From positions 219,790,001-219,854,000 of the forward strand of contig OZ024742.1 in the NCBI GenBank assembly GCA_964016885.1: a stretch of 64,000 bases of DNA. The letters are read 5' to 3'. The notes under the pieces are model-generated. The model ran no database searches. It saw nothing but the letters and a program-made list of their open reading frames with translations, and was not told the origin of the DNA. The number at the start of each line of letters is the position of its first letter. Positions within the stretch are counted from its first letter, which is position 1. Both the position numbers and the translations under genes were made by a program. Positions 1-14,100 of this stretch are shown in pieces. The DNA comes from Eledone cirrhosa (taxonomy: Eukaryota).

Positions 1-3000
1 GAAAGTTTGTAAATTTCAAAACAACACACTAAATGAATATTTTTTATTGTTTACATTAATCATTGAATATACCATAGTTCATATCCCTGAGGATTCTGCA
101 CTTTTTAATTTTACTGTTTAGTCAAGGATGAAAGGATTATTTGTATCATTGATACTTTTGAAGGCCTCAAACACTGGGGAAAGGGAAGGAGGGAAACATA
201 CCTAAATGCTTGCAATAGAGAGGACTGTATTTAAGGGCATTCAAGGACCAGGTGGTGGTATTAAACTAAGTATGCCACTGAGGATTTGAACTCAAAATGC
301 AAAGAACTGGAACAAATACTGCAATCATCTTGTCCAATGCTCGGACAATTCTACCAATCAACTGACCAGGACTTGTAATTTATTTTATCAATCTTAAATT
401 GATGAAAGGCAAAGTTGACCTCAGTGGGATTTGAACTCTGAATGTAAACAGTCAGAATAAATATTGTTTCTACTTTTGGCACAAGGCCAGCAATTATCCC
501 AGTGTATTACTGGTACTTTATTTTATTGACCCCATAAGGATGAAAGGCAAAGTTAACCTCAGGGATTTGAACTCAGATCATAAAGGGCCGTAACTCTTTG
601 CTGCAAAGCATCGCATCCCACCCTCTACTGATACTGCCAATCCACCGCCCTAACAGTCACAATAAATATTGCAAGGCATTTTGTCCTACACATCAATGAT
701 TCTGCCAAGGGAGTGGGGTTAACCCTTTCTGAACCATGTTACAAATCTACAATATATTCAAGCATATGAGTAGTGGAGCAGAAGAGTAGCACAGAACGTA
801 TTGTAATAGACAAAATGCCTGGCAGTATTTAGTTTCACCCTAGCAGAATGAAATCTTTCTTTTATCCATCCAGGGTGGATACAACGAAAAAATTGGTAGA
901 ATTTCTACCCAGTTGTTTTTAATCCACTGATTTTTGGTCTATCTGTTCATGCTGACCAAATGCAGCTTAGACAGTGAGCTTCTGGAGTTGTATGATTAAC
1001 TCTGGTCATTAGCACCTAGGCAGAATTTAAACTCAGAACACAGAGCACTAGAACAGATATTGTAAAGAAACTTGTCTGTTACTCAAACATTCTGCCAGTC
1101 CATCACCCTTGATTAGTACTTTATTCATTAATCCCCGAATGGATGAAAAGCAAAGTTGACTTCAGTAGGATTTGAACTGAAAGTGCAGAAAACCAGAACA
1201 AATACTTCAAGACATTCAACCCAACATGTTAACAACTATGTCAATTTACTTTCTAACCCATTAATATACTAGGGATCTATTCACTTAACTATACATCCTC
1301 CCTACAAATGTGTCAATGAAAGGAATTATTATTAAATGACCAAAAGGGTAGGTTAAAAAGTTAAAGTTAAAGTCTGTCCCATAACCAGAGGGTCATCAGG
1401 CTGTTGCTTATTCTGGTTTTCATTGGTGTTAAGTGACTGAGAGTACACGACTTACCCCCGAACAGGATACCAGTCCACCATAGGGTTAATTCCCAGCAAC
1501 AACTGGTACTCATTTTCAGCTCAGTATACTGGAAGAAGGTGAAATGAAGTGTTTTGCTCTAGAAAACAATGCACAACCCGGTCAAGGAATTGAAACCACG
1601 ACATTATGAATATAAGTCCAACACTCTAACCACTGGGCCACATGCCTTGGGTATGAGCAGAATTGTTATAGTGTCTCACAAAAAATGCCTTATGGAATTT
1701 CTCCTTTCTCTTTATTCTGAGTTCAATCCCACTGATGTCAACTTGGAATTTTCTCCTTCTAGGAGGAGGGGTTCAATAAAATAAAGCATCAGTCAAGTAC
1801 TGGGGTCAATTTAATCAATTCCCCCTGCAAAAGTGCTGGACTTGAGCCTAAATTAGAAACCATTATCAAACAAGTAGCTTTTGTTGAGTGAAAATTTAGT
1901 TAGGGGAAGAGGAAAGCTAATTTGTTTGAATATCCAACTATAATTTCTGAAAGATAATAGCAATATTACTTTAAAATAACTAATCAAATCAGATAATAAA
2001 TTATAACAGGAAGTTGTTTCCAATATCCTGTTCTGTAATACAATAAGAAGGTGGTGAATTGGGAGAGTTGTTAGAACATCAGATAGAATGCTTTGCAGTA
2101 TTGGTTTTGGCTATCTGCTCATTGAGTTCAAATCCTGATGAGGTCAACTTGCCTTTTATCCATTCAAGGTAGATAAAAAAGGTACCAGTTTAGTACTGGG
2201 GTTGATTCTTCCTCTTTCTCTCACTTTCTATCCTTCTCCGGAAGAAATCTGCTGTATTCAGACATGGAGAGTATATGGGCTCTGCTGATTGTTTTTAAAA
2301 AAAGGCCCTAAAAATGTTGTATGTCAATATAGTGGCCCTATGATTCCTTCAGGAGTTACAAGTCCATACATACAATACAATAAGAAAGCCATTTTCAAAT
2401 TTAATATTTAAACATTTATATAATATTTATAGGCATAAGCTTGGCTGTGTAGTACAAGCAAAACTGTTACGTAAAGAAGATAATTTTGCAACATGCGGTA
2501 TTGGATTGAGTACCACTGCTTGGCACCTTGGTCACATATCTCTTACTATAGCTTCAGGCTTCTGAGTGAATTCAGTAGACAGAACCTATGTGGAAGCCCA
2601 TCATAAACACACACACACACATGCCTGGTGATGCCAGTGGAAAGAAGCTGCAGTAGAAGAAGACCAAGAAAGACCTGGGTAGAGGTAGTTAGAGCTGATC
2701 TCAAAACATTGAACTTCACAAAAGAAATGACAAAGGAATACTGTAACTGGCAGGAAGTAGGAGGGGGGGGGGGTTGTGCTGGAAAGGATCTCTTCAATCC
2801 ATGCAAGCATAGATAAGCAAATGTAAAATGATGATGATAATGATATACATACATACATATATATATGACAAGTAAGTATGTTTTGAAACAGTGAGCATGT
2901 TTGAAACTAGAAATAGAAGCCCTCGCTACACCTTTTGACCAAAGAAATTTCAGACTGAACGGAAAAAGATAATCTTTTTCCATTTCTTAGAGGGTTCTGG

Positions 3001-3363
3001 ACCCCACTATGAGGCTGAAATTTCTTTGGTCAAAAGGTGCGGCTAGGGCTTCTATTTCTAGTTTATATATGTATATATATATATGTGCATGTGTTTGTCT
3101 CCATGCATATCTTCATATTGAAACCATTTAACCTATTGACTGGTGCATATATTTTACACAGCTACAGTTACTGTGCTGGTTTTTTTTTCATTAAAATGAC
3201 TATTTTTTCAAACAAACACTTATTAACAACATATATCTGAATGATTGACAAACGTTACATCAATAAACTAGTAACTCCATCTAGCTTTGAAGTTATGAAC
3301 TGTTGGAAAAGAGTTCAAACATGTTAGGACGAGTTATCTTGTCTACGGCACTGAAGAGGTGAA

Positions 3364-3584
3364 CTCTTTAGCATTTACAATACACTATATTTACTATTGT
3401 ATTTTTGTGGTAAAGGCTCTATTTTACAAAATTATCTCACATAATATCGAATCTATGAGATTTTGATATTATTTATTTTGAGAATAATACCTTAACATTG
3501 GTATGAGCAGCCGGTTACAGCCGGTTTGGACAGAAGGAGGTGAAAGAATTCTGGCCAGGTATGGCCGGTTTAAATGCTAAAGGG
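3364..3584. mobile_element. piggyBac-type MITE, same family
   Basis: tgaa|CTCTTTAGCATTT...AAATGCTAAAGGG|TTAA; a further degenerate copy lies at about 45650-45850. Confidence 0.7.
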
Positions 3585-6500
3585 TTAAAGCAAGCAGTGA
3601 TGTTTTATGTCTTGCATAAAAAAGTGTATTGCACAGCTTAATGGTTTAACTGCAATGATGATGATGTTAGTCTCACATGTTTGTCTGTTAAACCTGCTTC
3701 TATTTGTCTGTTAACCCTTCTTCTGTTTGTCTGCTAACCTTGCTTCTAATTGTCTGCTAACCCTACAAGAATGATTTGAGGGAGATTTGACTGCTATTTA
3801 TAGTAGGTAAAGAAACCATGTAATGTCTGCCATTATTAATCCTAGATTGGTGAAATGTGGAGCCCAGCAGTGTTTAAATCCACTTTCTCATGCTGGCATG
3901 AGTTGCATGAGACTTTCTTGAAGCCGTATATCATGGCCAAGTACCTTTCATGATGCCAAACCTTATTTGTTTTTAAGTAAAGTACTGATCTTTGTATGGC
4001 AAATTGGGACATAAATAAATACCAAAGTTTGCCCAAACATTGTCAATGCAAAGCAAAGATAGATGTGGAGATAAACACACACCAATGCACACCCACACAT
4101 ATACACATATATGACATGTTTCCACATAGATTCCATTTGCCAGTTTCAGTCACAAAATATTGATCAGTCCAAAGCTACAGCAGAAGACACTTGCTTAGGA
4201 TGTTACACAAAATCATGTGGTTGTGAAGTGAAATGCTTAGCTACACAACCATGCTAATGCTTAAATGTAGAAGGTGGTATGGTATGGTATTCTATAACTC
4301 CCGATGGAGTTGTAGGGGCGTTGTAGTGGCATACAGCATTTCTTTGGCATTTTAAAACCAGGTGAAGCCTGTCCCTCTCCAGATCTGGATACAGCAGATT
4401 TCTTCCAGAGAAGTATAGAAAGTGAGAGAATGGAAGTGAGAAAGAGACATAGAGGAAGAACTGGCCCCAGTACTAGACTGGTACTTTTTTATCGACTGCA
4501 AAAGGATGAAAGGTAAAGTTGTCCTTGGCAGGATTCAAACTTAAAGAGCTGGGATTAATACTACAGAGCATTCTATCCAACATTCTAACAACTCTACCAA
4601 TTTGCCACCTAGAATGTTGAATGTAAAATGGCACTATCAAATACAGTCAGACACTTTGTCCAGTAGCTTATTATTTAAGCTGATGCTGACTCAGTAGCCC
4701 CTTATGTCTATTGTAACATTGCCAGGAAACCACAAAAGCAATGTATTAATTACATCTCAATCTGTTCCTTGTTATAAGTATTCATACACTACCACCCTAG
4801 TTCCACTACAAACAACCAATGCTCTTTTCTTCTAATCTGTTTCATTGAAGTGCATCTGCATACATCATTTTTTACACTGAAGACATTCATCAATCTGTTA
4901 ATTTTCTCAGCTAACAATCTAATTGCCAGAAGTCCATGTGCTTAATAAGATTTTGCTTATTCATAATTCTTTCTAATGTTTTTAGCAACAAAAAGTAACA
5001 CTTCAAAAACAATGTTATCTTTACAGTATACAATTTTAATATTTTAGCAATATAATATTTCATTATACATTGTGTTCAAGTTAATTTCCATAACCTTAGT
5101 TGTATAGTTGTTAACAGCTGCTTATAGTCTGTTACATTTAATTCCTGTGAGAATTTTAATAGTCACAATAGCTGATATCTATTTTTATTCATTACAATAA
5201 AATCGATTTGATTTATACTAACCTCATCATGGGTAAACCCGGTGTGTATACTTTTCACGCATGCTACTTCAAATGGATGCTTGCTATTGTTAAATTGCTT
5301 TCCACAGTAAAGTTGATTACTCATTGTCCCCTTTCATTGATAACAACCGACCTGAATCTTCTAACTATATTTACCACATCTATTTTAGCATTCCTCCACT
5401 CCTTGCTATTAAATTTACTAATCAGTATAACAGTATATTATCAATGTGCCAATGAGAAAACTTCTATATAGTTTGCCAGCCTGATCGATACAGTAGCTAA
5501 ATTTGACTAACAAAAAACTTCTAACTGTCTTTAGCATGACAACCACATATTTCAAATCTTAGATGAACATGTCAGAAAATAATGGTTAGATTTAAAAACA
5601 AATGCTGTATTTCATTATTTATCTCCTGGTTAACTAATTATAATGACTTCTAACATAGTAAGATCATCATCATCATCATTTTATGTCTGTTTATTTCTTG
5701 CTTGCATGGGTTCAGACATTTGCTGGAAAGGAGAGGAAGGGCTTAGATCATACAACTAATTCCCCTACTTATTGTATTAACCCTGGAAGAATGAAAGTCA
5801 AAATGAAGACCATAGCAGGATTTGAAGTCAGAATATAAAAAGACAAATGTAAATCAGCCATTTTAATGGTAGTAATAGCCAGATAGTTCACCGTAGTACA
5901 TTTTCATAGAATTTTTCAATTGAAATAGTATGTAAAATTCTTTTGTAGAAATGTTCAATAAGCTCTTCTTTAGTCATTATGATGACATATTTAGAAGACG
6001 TAAACAAATCTTATGATTTATTGTGACACTTGGATGATTTGAAATTTAAAATGTTGGAATACAAATGTAGAAATTGCTATAAATAATAATAGCTTTAGAA
6101 AATCAGGTAAATTACCCTTAAATACCAAAGGGCATGGCTATTTAGGAGGTTGCAAGTACAATCCATTAATGGAACTGTAAAGATGTGTTAAACATTTCAG
6201 AAATTCGACATGTAATAACTGATTATACACATGTATAAATACAGAAATATATGCACGTGTATACATTTAACAGACAGATCCACAACATGCAATAACATCT
6301 ATACCTGCACACTCACACACACAAACATATACAGACATACATATGTATTTACCTAGTTGATATTGTCTAAATTCCAATGAAAGAGTCTTGCGTCCATGTT
6401 AAAAACTGACTCTCTCTCTCTATTCGTGAACATTTATAGATCAATAAAGCCAGAAGAAATGAATGCCTGCATGGATACACACATGCATCCTTTGTAACCG

Positions 6501-7782
6501 AAGAAGATACATATCTGCTTATACATGATATAGTACAATAATATATCCTGTAATAATTTAGCAGAAATTACCTAAAAACAGGTTTGTTCATTCAAATATT
6601 CATAGTAGTTTTACTAATGGACAGATTGTTATATAAAGGAGAAAGAGATGCTTTTAGTGGTCTCCCACGATCCTTCTCACTGTATAACATAGCTGATTCT
6701 GAGAGAAAGATGAAAGTAGGAAAAGCAAAGTGGACCGCAGCAAGATTTGAACTCAGACCACAAGATTTCAGTTTTGTAAATTAACAGTTTAACAACATTG
6801 GTAATTAGATTTCTTAAATAAGGATTCCCTACATTGTCAAATACATGATTATCCCAACTTCTGATGATTCTTTCTTTTTCTGAAAGACATTGTCTTTGTG
6901 TTCATTTCAACATAAACAAATATTAAACATTTTTCACGAACCTAATGATAAAGGTGTTGGACTTACAATCAAAATGTCATGGGTTCGATTTCTGGACTTT
7001 TTAATGTGTTGCATTCTTGAGCAAAAAAATTCATTTCATGTTGTTTCAGTATACTCAGCTGAAAATGAGTGCCAGCAATACCTTGGGGTTTAATCCTATG
7101 ATTGACTGATGTCTTGTCCAAGGGGCTGTCTTGTACTCTCAGTCACTTAACATCATGGAAACCTGGATAAGTACCAGCCTCCAGGCTCAAGACAGACTTT
7201 AGATTTTAGACAATTTTTGGTCCTAAAATTTAAATTAGGTATTAAGTAATACCCTTTTTATCATAAATTTTAGTTGTCAGGTAAATAGAGCCTGCTGATA
7301 ATGATGATGATTGTTGTTATCATTATCATTGTTGCTATCACTGTCATCATCATTTTTGCATTGTATGGGTTGGACGAGTCCACTTCACATGTCGCATTCC
7401 TTTCTCATGTGCTTTAGGAGAATCAACATTATGAGAGCAGCTTTCACCACTTCTATTGATGCCTTCCTCAGTTTTTCTCTTTTGCACCCAACAATCATCA
7501 TCATAATCCACACACATTAAGTGTCCACACCAATGCAACCTTCTCTCTTCCACATTACATATGATTTTTCTCTTTGCCCACTTTTCCCCTCAGCTCATCT
7601 GTATTTCATCAATTATACACACTACCATTACACATCTTGCTTCATTTCTCTCTACCCTTCACACGTCCTTCATGTTCAATGTCCATGTCTTACTATCATG
7701 TGATATTACACTACATACACAAGTATCATAGAATAGGGATGAGGATGAAATTAAAAAAAAAACCAAAAAACTATTAACATAC

Positions 7783-7939
7783 CTGGGGTGGTAGAATATG
7801 CAAATAGGAAATCAGCTTCAGTTGGAACTGTCCTCATAATAACATCAGCAGAAGCCACAGCATCTACACTGTCATCTTCAGTGTAAGAAGAACCATCAAC
7901 CACATCCACACCATCATCCATTTTGCTTCCTCGACATGC
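7783..7939 (-). CDS. Effector caspase exon carrying the catalytic Cys, inter-subunit linker and start of the small (p10) subunit
   Basis: Absent from the ORF track in this frame. Read by hand as ACRGSKMDDGVDVVDGSSYTEDDSVDAVASADVIMRTVPTEADFLFAYSTTP(G). It completes QACRG with the previous exon and contains P-x-EADFL-x-AYST. Acceptor tttatag at 7940; donor G|gtatgt at 7782. Confidence 0.95.
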
Positions 7940-9204
7940 CTATAAACAGAGCAAAATAACATCAACAACAAAAAACTGACAGCCACCACCACCACGAAAA
8001 ACTCCCCAAAACTGCAAAACCTTTTAACTGACAACTTATGGAAGTATTGATCTTCCATTTATGGATACATCGAATTATAGAAATCCATGTAACTGAGACT
8101 CAATAATCCGTTAGTACATAGATCAAGTTATAAAAAAAAGAATTAAGGAATATACTAGAACATTTGTTATCTTCAAACTGAGTGACCTTTCTTCCCTAAA
8201 CATTCATCTTCCATTTTCTGATGAACTGAAGTGTAAAGACAGATATCATCATCAGCATCATCATCATCATCTTCGTTTAACGTCCATTTTCCACACTAGC
8301 ATGGGTTATATGCAGTGTTATTATTAAGTTCTTCTATTGAAGGATACCAACATTATATCCTTTATCTTTAGTTGTTATGGTCATAGAAGCTTGGTGTTTT
8401 CATGCTTTCCAAAGATTATCAAAATGGAAAAAGATCACACAACAGAATCATCATTATCATTTAATGTCCATTTTTCCATGCTAGCATGGGTTAAATGAGT
8501 TGTCCCATTGTGAGACAAGTTCGACCAAATATATTTACAACTTGGACTGGGTGCTTTTTATTGTGGCACTAAAATGACCAACTAACTATAAACTTAAATA
8601 TTAGTTCCAATATTAGGGCATTGATTATAATGTTTTGCTTTATTAATTCCAGCACTCTGTGTTTTGAGTTCAAATCTATGCACACAAGTCTCTCTTTTCC
8701 ATACCCCTGATTTTGTACAAAGGAAAGGCAAGAACCAATACAGTGTTATTGCTATCTGATGCATTAGCAATTCTGCCAATATATATGCAGCTTACATGTG
8801 AATTTAGAAAAATGAAAATGAAAAAAATCTATAACAGCAAAGAAACGAAAACAGCATCATATTGATATTGACAAAAAACCTGTTTAAAGTTCTGTCAAGG
8901 AGTGATGAGGGAAGGGTAAAGAAGCTGAAATAGTCAATAATGAAGACATTTAAGATAACTGTCATTAAATAACTGATTGATAGGTTTTGAATATTTATTA
9001 TATATTTAAACGAACTGATTAGATCAATGAATTAATAAAACATTAAGTCAATTGTTTTGAAGAATTACCACAATCTAGTTGAGGTGCAAGATAAGGAGAT
9101 GTAATAGATTATCAAATAAAATAATATAACATGTAATTTTATTTATTATTTATGGTTCTTAGGATAGATAAAATGCAATAAGATAGAAATCTTCTAAAAA
9201 CACA

Positions 9205-9244
<40 letters not shown>

Positions 9245-9336
9245 AATATGATAATAATGGAGCTGCGGCGTTGCAAATGGGTTACATATGAAAAAGTTTG
9301 TCCTTCATCAGTGGCCTTCCAACCGTCGTAGGCATT

Positions 9337-9405
<69 letters not shown>

Positions 9406-11022
9406 TCTTTTCTGATGTTTAACAAGTTTAAAGATATTACCTTTGAGATGTGACTTAAAGAAAAGGGTTTAAAAAGGAATTAAAAGTGTATTATAGAAAA
9501 ATTACCCAAATTGACTTTAGTTTAGATCTTATTTAAGAAGCAATTATAGATAATTGTAAATGAAATGATAACATGACAATAAACTACATATGTTTTGATT
9601 ATATGTTCTTATATTGCACTCATTAGGTTTGACAGTATCTGCTGGCATTAGGCAAGCTGCCCCATAAAATTCTGTGGCCACAACCTCTGAATCTTGCATT
9701 TCCAGTCAACCAATCCACACTCTCCTTCAGCTGCACCTTCATCAGTGAGATCCTCTACATGATTACAGATCCAGACATTATCCATGAACCGGAGTTGGCT
9801 CTGGGCTATTGGAGAGATGAAGGCCTCACTGTCCCTAAGTTTGCAGATACCCAATGCAACTGGGATGACATCGAGTGCAGGTTAACTTTCAAGTGAATCC
9901 AGCCTTCCTTGGACCAACTCTGTCTCACTTACCTCCATTCTTCCTCAGCCTAATAATGGTATGTGGCTCAATTTGGTGCCCTCCTCATCAACTGGTATCC
10001 TCTTGATGATGAATGCACTAGCATTGGAGTGGCCTAGTGCCTCAGGTTCCATGTGTGTGAGCAACACAGATGCTGTTGTGGAGCTGTTGTTGATGAGTTT
10101 GGTCTGCACCCACTATCCAGCTGTCTTAATACAGGGCACTTCCCTTGACACACATCTCTGAATGACATAATCTAAAGATGCCTTGATGCGGCTGGCTTCT
10201 CATCACAACTTGCAAGACATTGGTCAACCAACAGATAACACAGTGATATCAAACCAAAACCACATGAATGTGAAGTGAATTTCTTAACCACACAACCATG
10301 TGTGTTCATATTAGAAAAATAAATAAATGTACATATGGATCCATAACTCCTGAACATGTTGTGGTGGCACCGTGTTAACATATGGCATATCTAGGGCACT
10401 TTTAAAAACCTGGTGGAGCCTATCTCTCCTCCAGATCTGAATACAGCATATTTCTTCCAGAGAAGGATAGAATATGAGAGAATGGAAGTGAGAAAGAGAT
10501 ATAGAGGAAAAATCGACCCCAATACTTGACTGGTACTTTTTTTTATTAATCTCGAATGGATGAAAAGCAAAGTTGACCTTGGTAGGATTTGAGCTCAGAG
10601 GGCAGAGAGCTAAATCGAATACCACAAAGCTGCTAATCTGACATTCTAACAACTCTGCCAATTCGCTGCCTAAATAAATAAATAAAAAGGTAAACAAAAA
10701 ATAAATAAAATGTTCTAAATTTTGTTTACTCTTCTAAAAAGAATAAATTATTGAATGCATTTTTTGCCAACTTATTGAAATGCAAGCAAGTACTTTTGTT
10801 AATGCCATACAAAGAAATGGTGAATTGTAATAATTGTAGCAATTTGAAAGACAACTTGGGTTGTATATATGGTAGTTATTGTACTGTGAAGAACGTTAAG
10901 TTGAAATGCAATTCAATGATTGTTAATAGTGCATTGTTACAGAATTATATTCTTAAGAAAAATCTCACTTTCAAAAGAAAATTCTCTTTACTACTATTAC
11001 TACTACCACTAACACCATCACC

Positions 11023-11023
11023 A

Positions 11024-11066
<43 letters not shown>

Positions 11067-11111
11067 GCCACCACCACCACCACCACCACCACCACCACCA
11101 CCACCACCACC

Positions 11112-11171
<60 letters not shown>
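11023..11171. repeat. Compound microsatellite (TAC)n(CAC)n(TAC)n
   Basis: Directly visible. Confidence 0.97.
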
Positions 11172-14100
11172 GTTGCTGCTGCCATATATATATATTTGCA
11201 AACTACAAACATGTTCAGCAGATGACCAGTGAACTGGTCATCTGTTGAACATACTTGATAGTGGTCAGTGAAACAGATCTCATCATTTTCTCACAACCCT
11301 CACCGCACTTGAGAATCAGCAAGCATTTCATATAGATACTACTTCCTCATAATGGACATAACTTTCTCTATATTTCTCCTTCAGTCTCTTCATCTCAGTC
11401 AGAGCCATCATAGTACAGTGAATTGTTCAAATGAATCTCAAGCAATATAATAGAAACTATTGCAATTGTTTATCAATTCTTTTACCATTAAAGTGTTTTA
11501 TTCTATAGCATACTTGGGGAAAACACTGGTGAAAGAATTTTCATTTTACAAAACATTGCCACCTCTAAAGAACTTTTCCCTATCAATTCTATTCCTTGTA
11601 TATAAATTATATAAATACCTGACTGATAAGTTTCAGAAAGCCGGTACAATGCAGTGGAAATATATAAAGAACAAAAGATGAAAAATAAAACAAAACAAGT
11701 AGTGTTCTATCCAGTACATTTCAACATATTTCATGGCTATTACACTCTTTTCAAATGTGAAATGAGAATAGTTCAAAACAAAAATGAATGATGAATGTGT
11801 TCTTCCTTAACTGGTTTATGTGTCTGAAACACGCATGCATGGAGCCATTAGAGTAGCCAGTCTGCTTTGTGCATTTCCACTTTATTATTTAATATAAATA
11901 CCTGTTTTGATATTGTAGGTAGATTACATAATTATTGCCCCAATAAAGGCAAAATATTTATGGCTACATGAGTTTGTTTCCTATCTCCAAAAGAGAAATA
12001 CCATTTAAAATTTAACTAAAAAATAAAAGAATCCATTTTGAAGGTGTGAATTAGAGGAGGGGTTAATTTTCAAAATAAATAAATAAATAAACAAATAAGT
12101 AAACTATGGGTCTGGAATCAGGAAGGGCAACCAGAAATAAAAACAACAACCTTGAAATAAATCTTGTCTAACTGATGCCAGTATCAAAAAGTAAATGTAA
12201 AACCAATGATGATGACGATGATTCTCTTTGTCATCAATGGTCATGTGATTGGTAGCTGCGCACTTTAACCTCACATAGTTCATACGGTCTTTCTTTTATT
12301 GCTAAGTCAGGACAGAAAGTATCATCAAACCAGGGACTGGGCTCAAATACTTGCAACAGTATGGTCTCTGCTAAAAGTTTCCAATGGCAGTAGCATGAAT
12401 AAAGGAAGGCAGAGTGTAATGGCTCTGGGCATCTATATTGTGGCATGCGGTTGGAGCATCCAACCAAAGTGTCACACAGATTTCTCCATTCAATACTAAG
12501 GGCAGTGCACACTTAAATTTCTTAAGCACTTTGTGCAGTTTTCCACCCAGATCAAAAAGGCCCTATACTTATGTTTTAGGGATATACAACCAAGGAGTTG
12601 GCTCCAGATATCATCAAACCTCTGCCCAAGGGACAGCTGGTGGTATTAAGACAGGTGATAGAACAAATGTACCACCCAGGTAAGCCACAATCAGATTTGA
12701 ACTTAGAACACAGTGAGAACAAATATTGTAAGATCCCATCCATTACCATACCACTTCTACCAATTCACTGCCTACTAAGACACATGATTTTGCAACTTGT
12801 ATCTTCCACCACAGAAACAATCTCTATTAACACTGATTGCAAATTATATATTTTTTTAACTAAAAATTCTAAATTTCTGAATTTTGAAAGTGGAAACCAT
12901 TTATGCTGCTCGTGAATTACTAGAAAGAATATCAAATTTTCCTATTTTGCTTTGTGTGAAGCGCTATCATGTTTTGTCCACAAAAACTAATATTTATAAT
13001 GTCATGCCAATGTGGTTACAGATGTCAGTATGTCAGATTCTTTTAACCACTTAATCGGGAAGAAGGGCAAGTCAATCTCCATGACCCTTTCAGGGTTGTT
13101 TTCTGAAACTGGTCGGAAGGATGGAAACTTGACTCAAATGCCTGTAACAAAGTGGACTCTATTCAAGGTACCCAAGGGTGAGGTAGTGGTATTAAATTAG
13201 GTGACTGATTAAATCTGCCACCTAAGTAGGCTACAGCGGGATTTGAACTCAAAATGTAAAGTAATGGAAAAAATACAATTAAGCATCTCTTCTGATACTC
13301 TAACAATTCCACCAACCTAAAAATGGATGGAAAACAAAGTGGACTTTGGCAAGATTTGAACTCTGAGGGCAAAATGTCAGAAGAAACACCACATTTTGTT
13401 CTATGATCTACCAGCTTAACCAATTTGTCACTTATACATTTGGTCTGCTAGGGCTTGATATCTATTTCTATATATTATTTTTTCAAGTGACAATAAAAAA
13501 GAATATATTTGCTAACTCTTAATATCCTGTAATAAGAAAATATTTTAAAATGGGTTTGATAATTCAAATTTTTTTAGTATCTTCATAAGTAGACAGATTT
13601 TTGTGAAAATTAGCAGTATTAGAGTAAAGAGTTTAATTATTAATGTGATGCAATCATAGTGGTATTTTGTACTATTCAAGAATGTCTTGCTAATGTGGTT
13701 TCATGTGGTACATGACATAAAGCATTAATACAAAGAAGAAATGAGAGATTGAAATCTGAGAATATTGTGGCTCACAAATGGATTGTCAGGAAATTAAGAT
13801 GAATGGGGGCATGTTGTGCTGCAAAAATGTCTAACTGATGAAGGAAACATGATTATAACAACAACAATAATGATGGCAACACTGTTGATAAAGTTGTTTT
13901 TGTTTATTTAGCAAGTGTTTTTTACTATGACCTTAGCTAACTTGTTTATATGTCCCCGTGAGTCTTCATATCAATACCATTTAAAGCATGTGGTGACATT
14001 TGTTTATGTTCCACAACTTAGTAGTTCAATGAAGGTCTACAGTGTATAGAATACTTAGAAATAAAGAATGGGTTGGTATCAGGAAGAGCATCCAGCCATA

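Noticed and set aside
1-7780. Final caspase exon (expected GYYSWRN...GSWF-like)
   Set aside because: Not found by eye on the - strand; probably lies beyond the window start.
10751-11248. 165-aa poly-Tyr/poly-His ORF
   Set aside because: Microsatellite translation.
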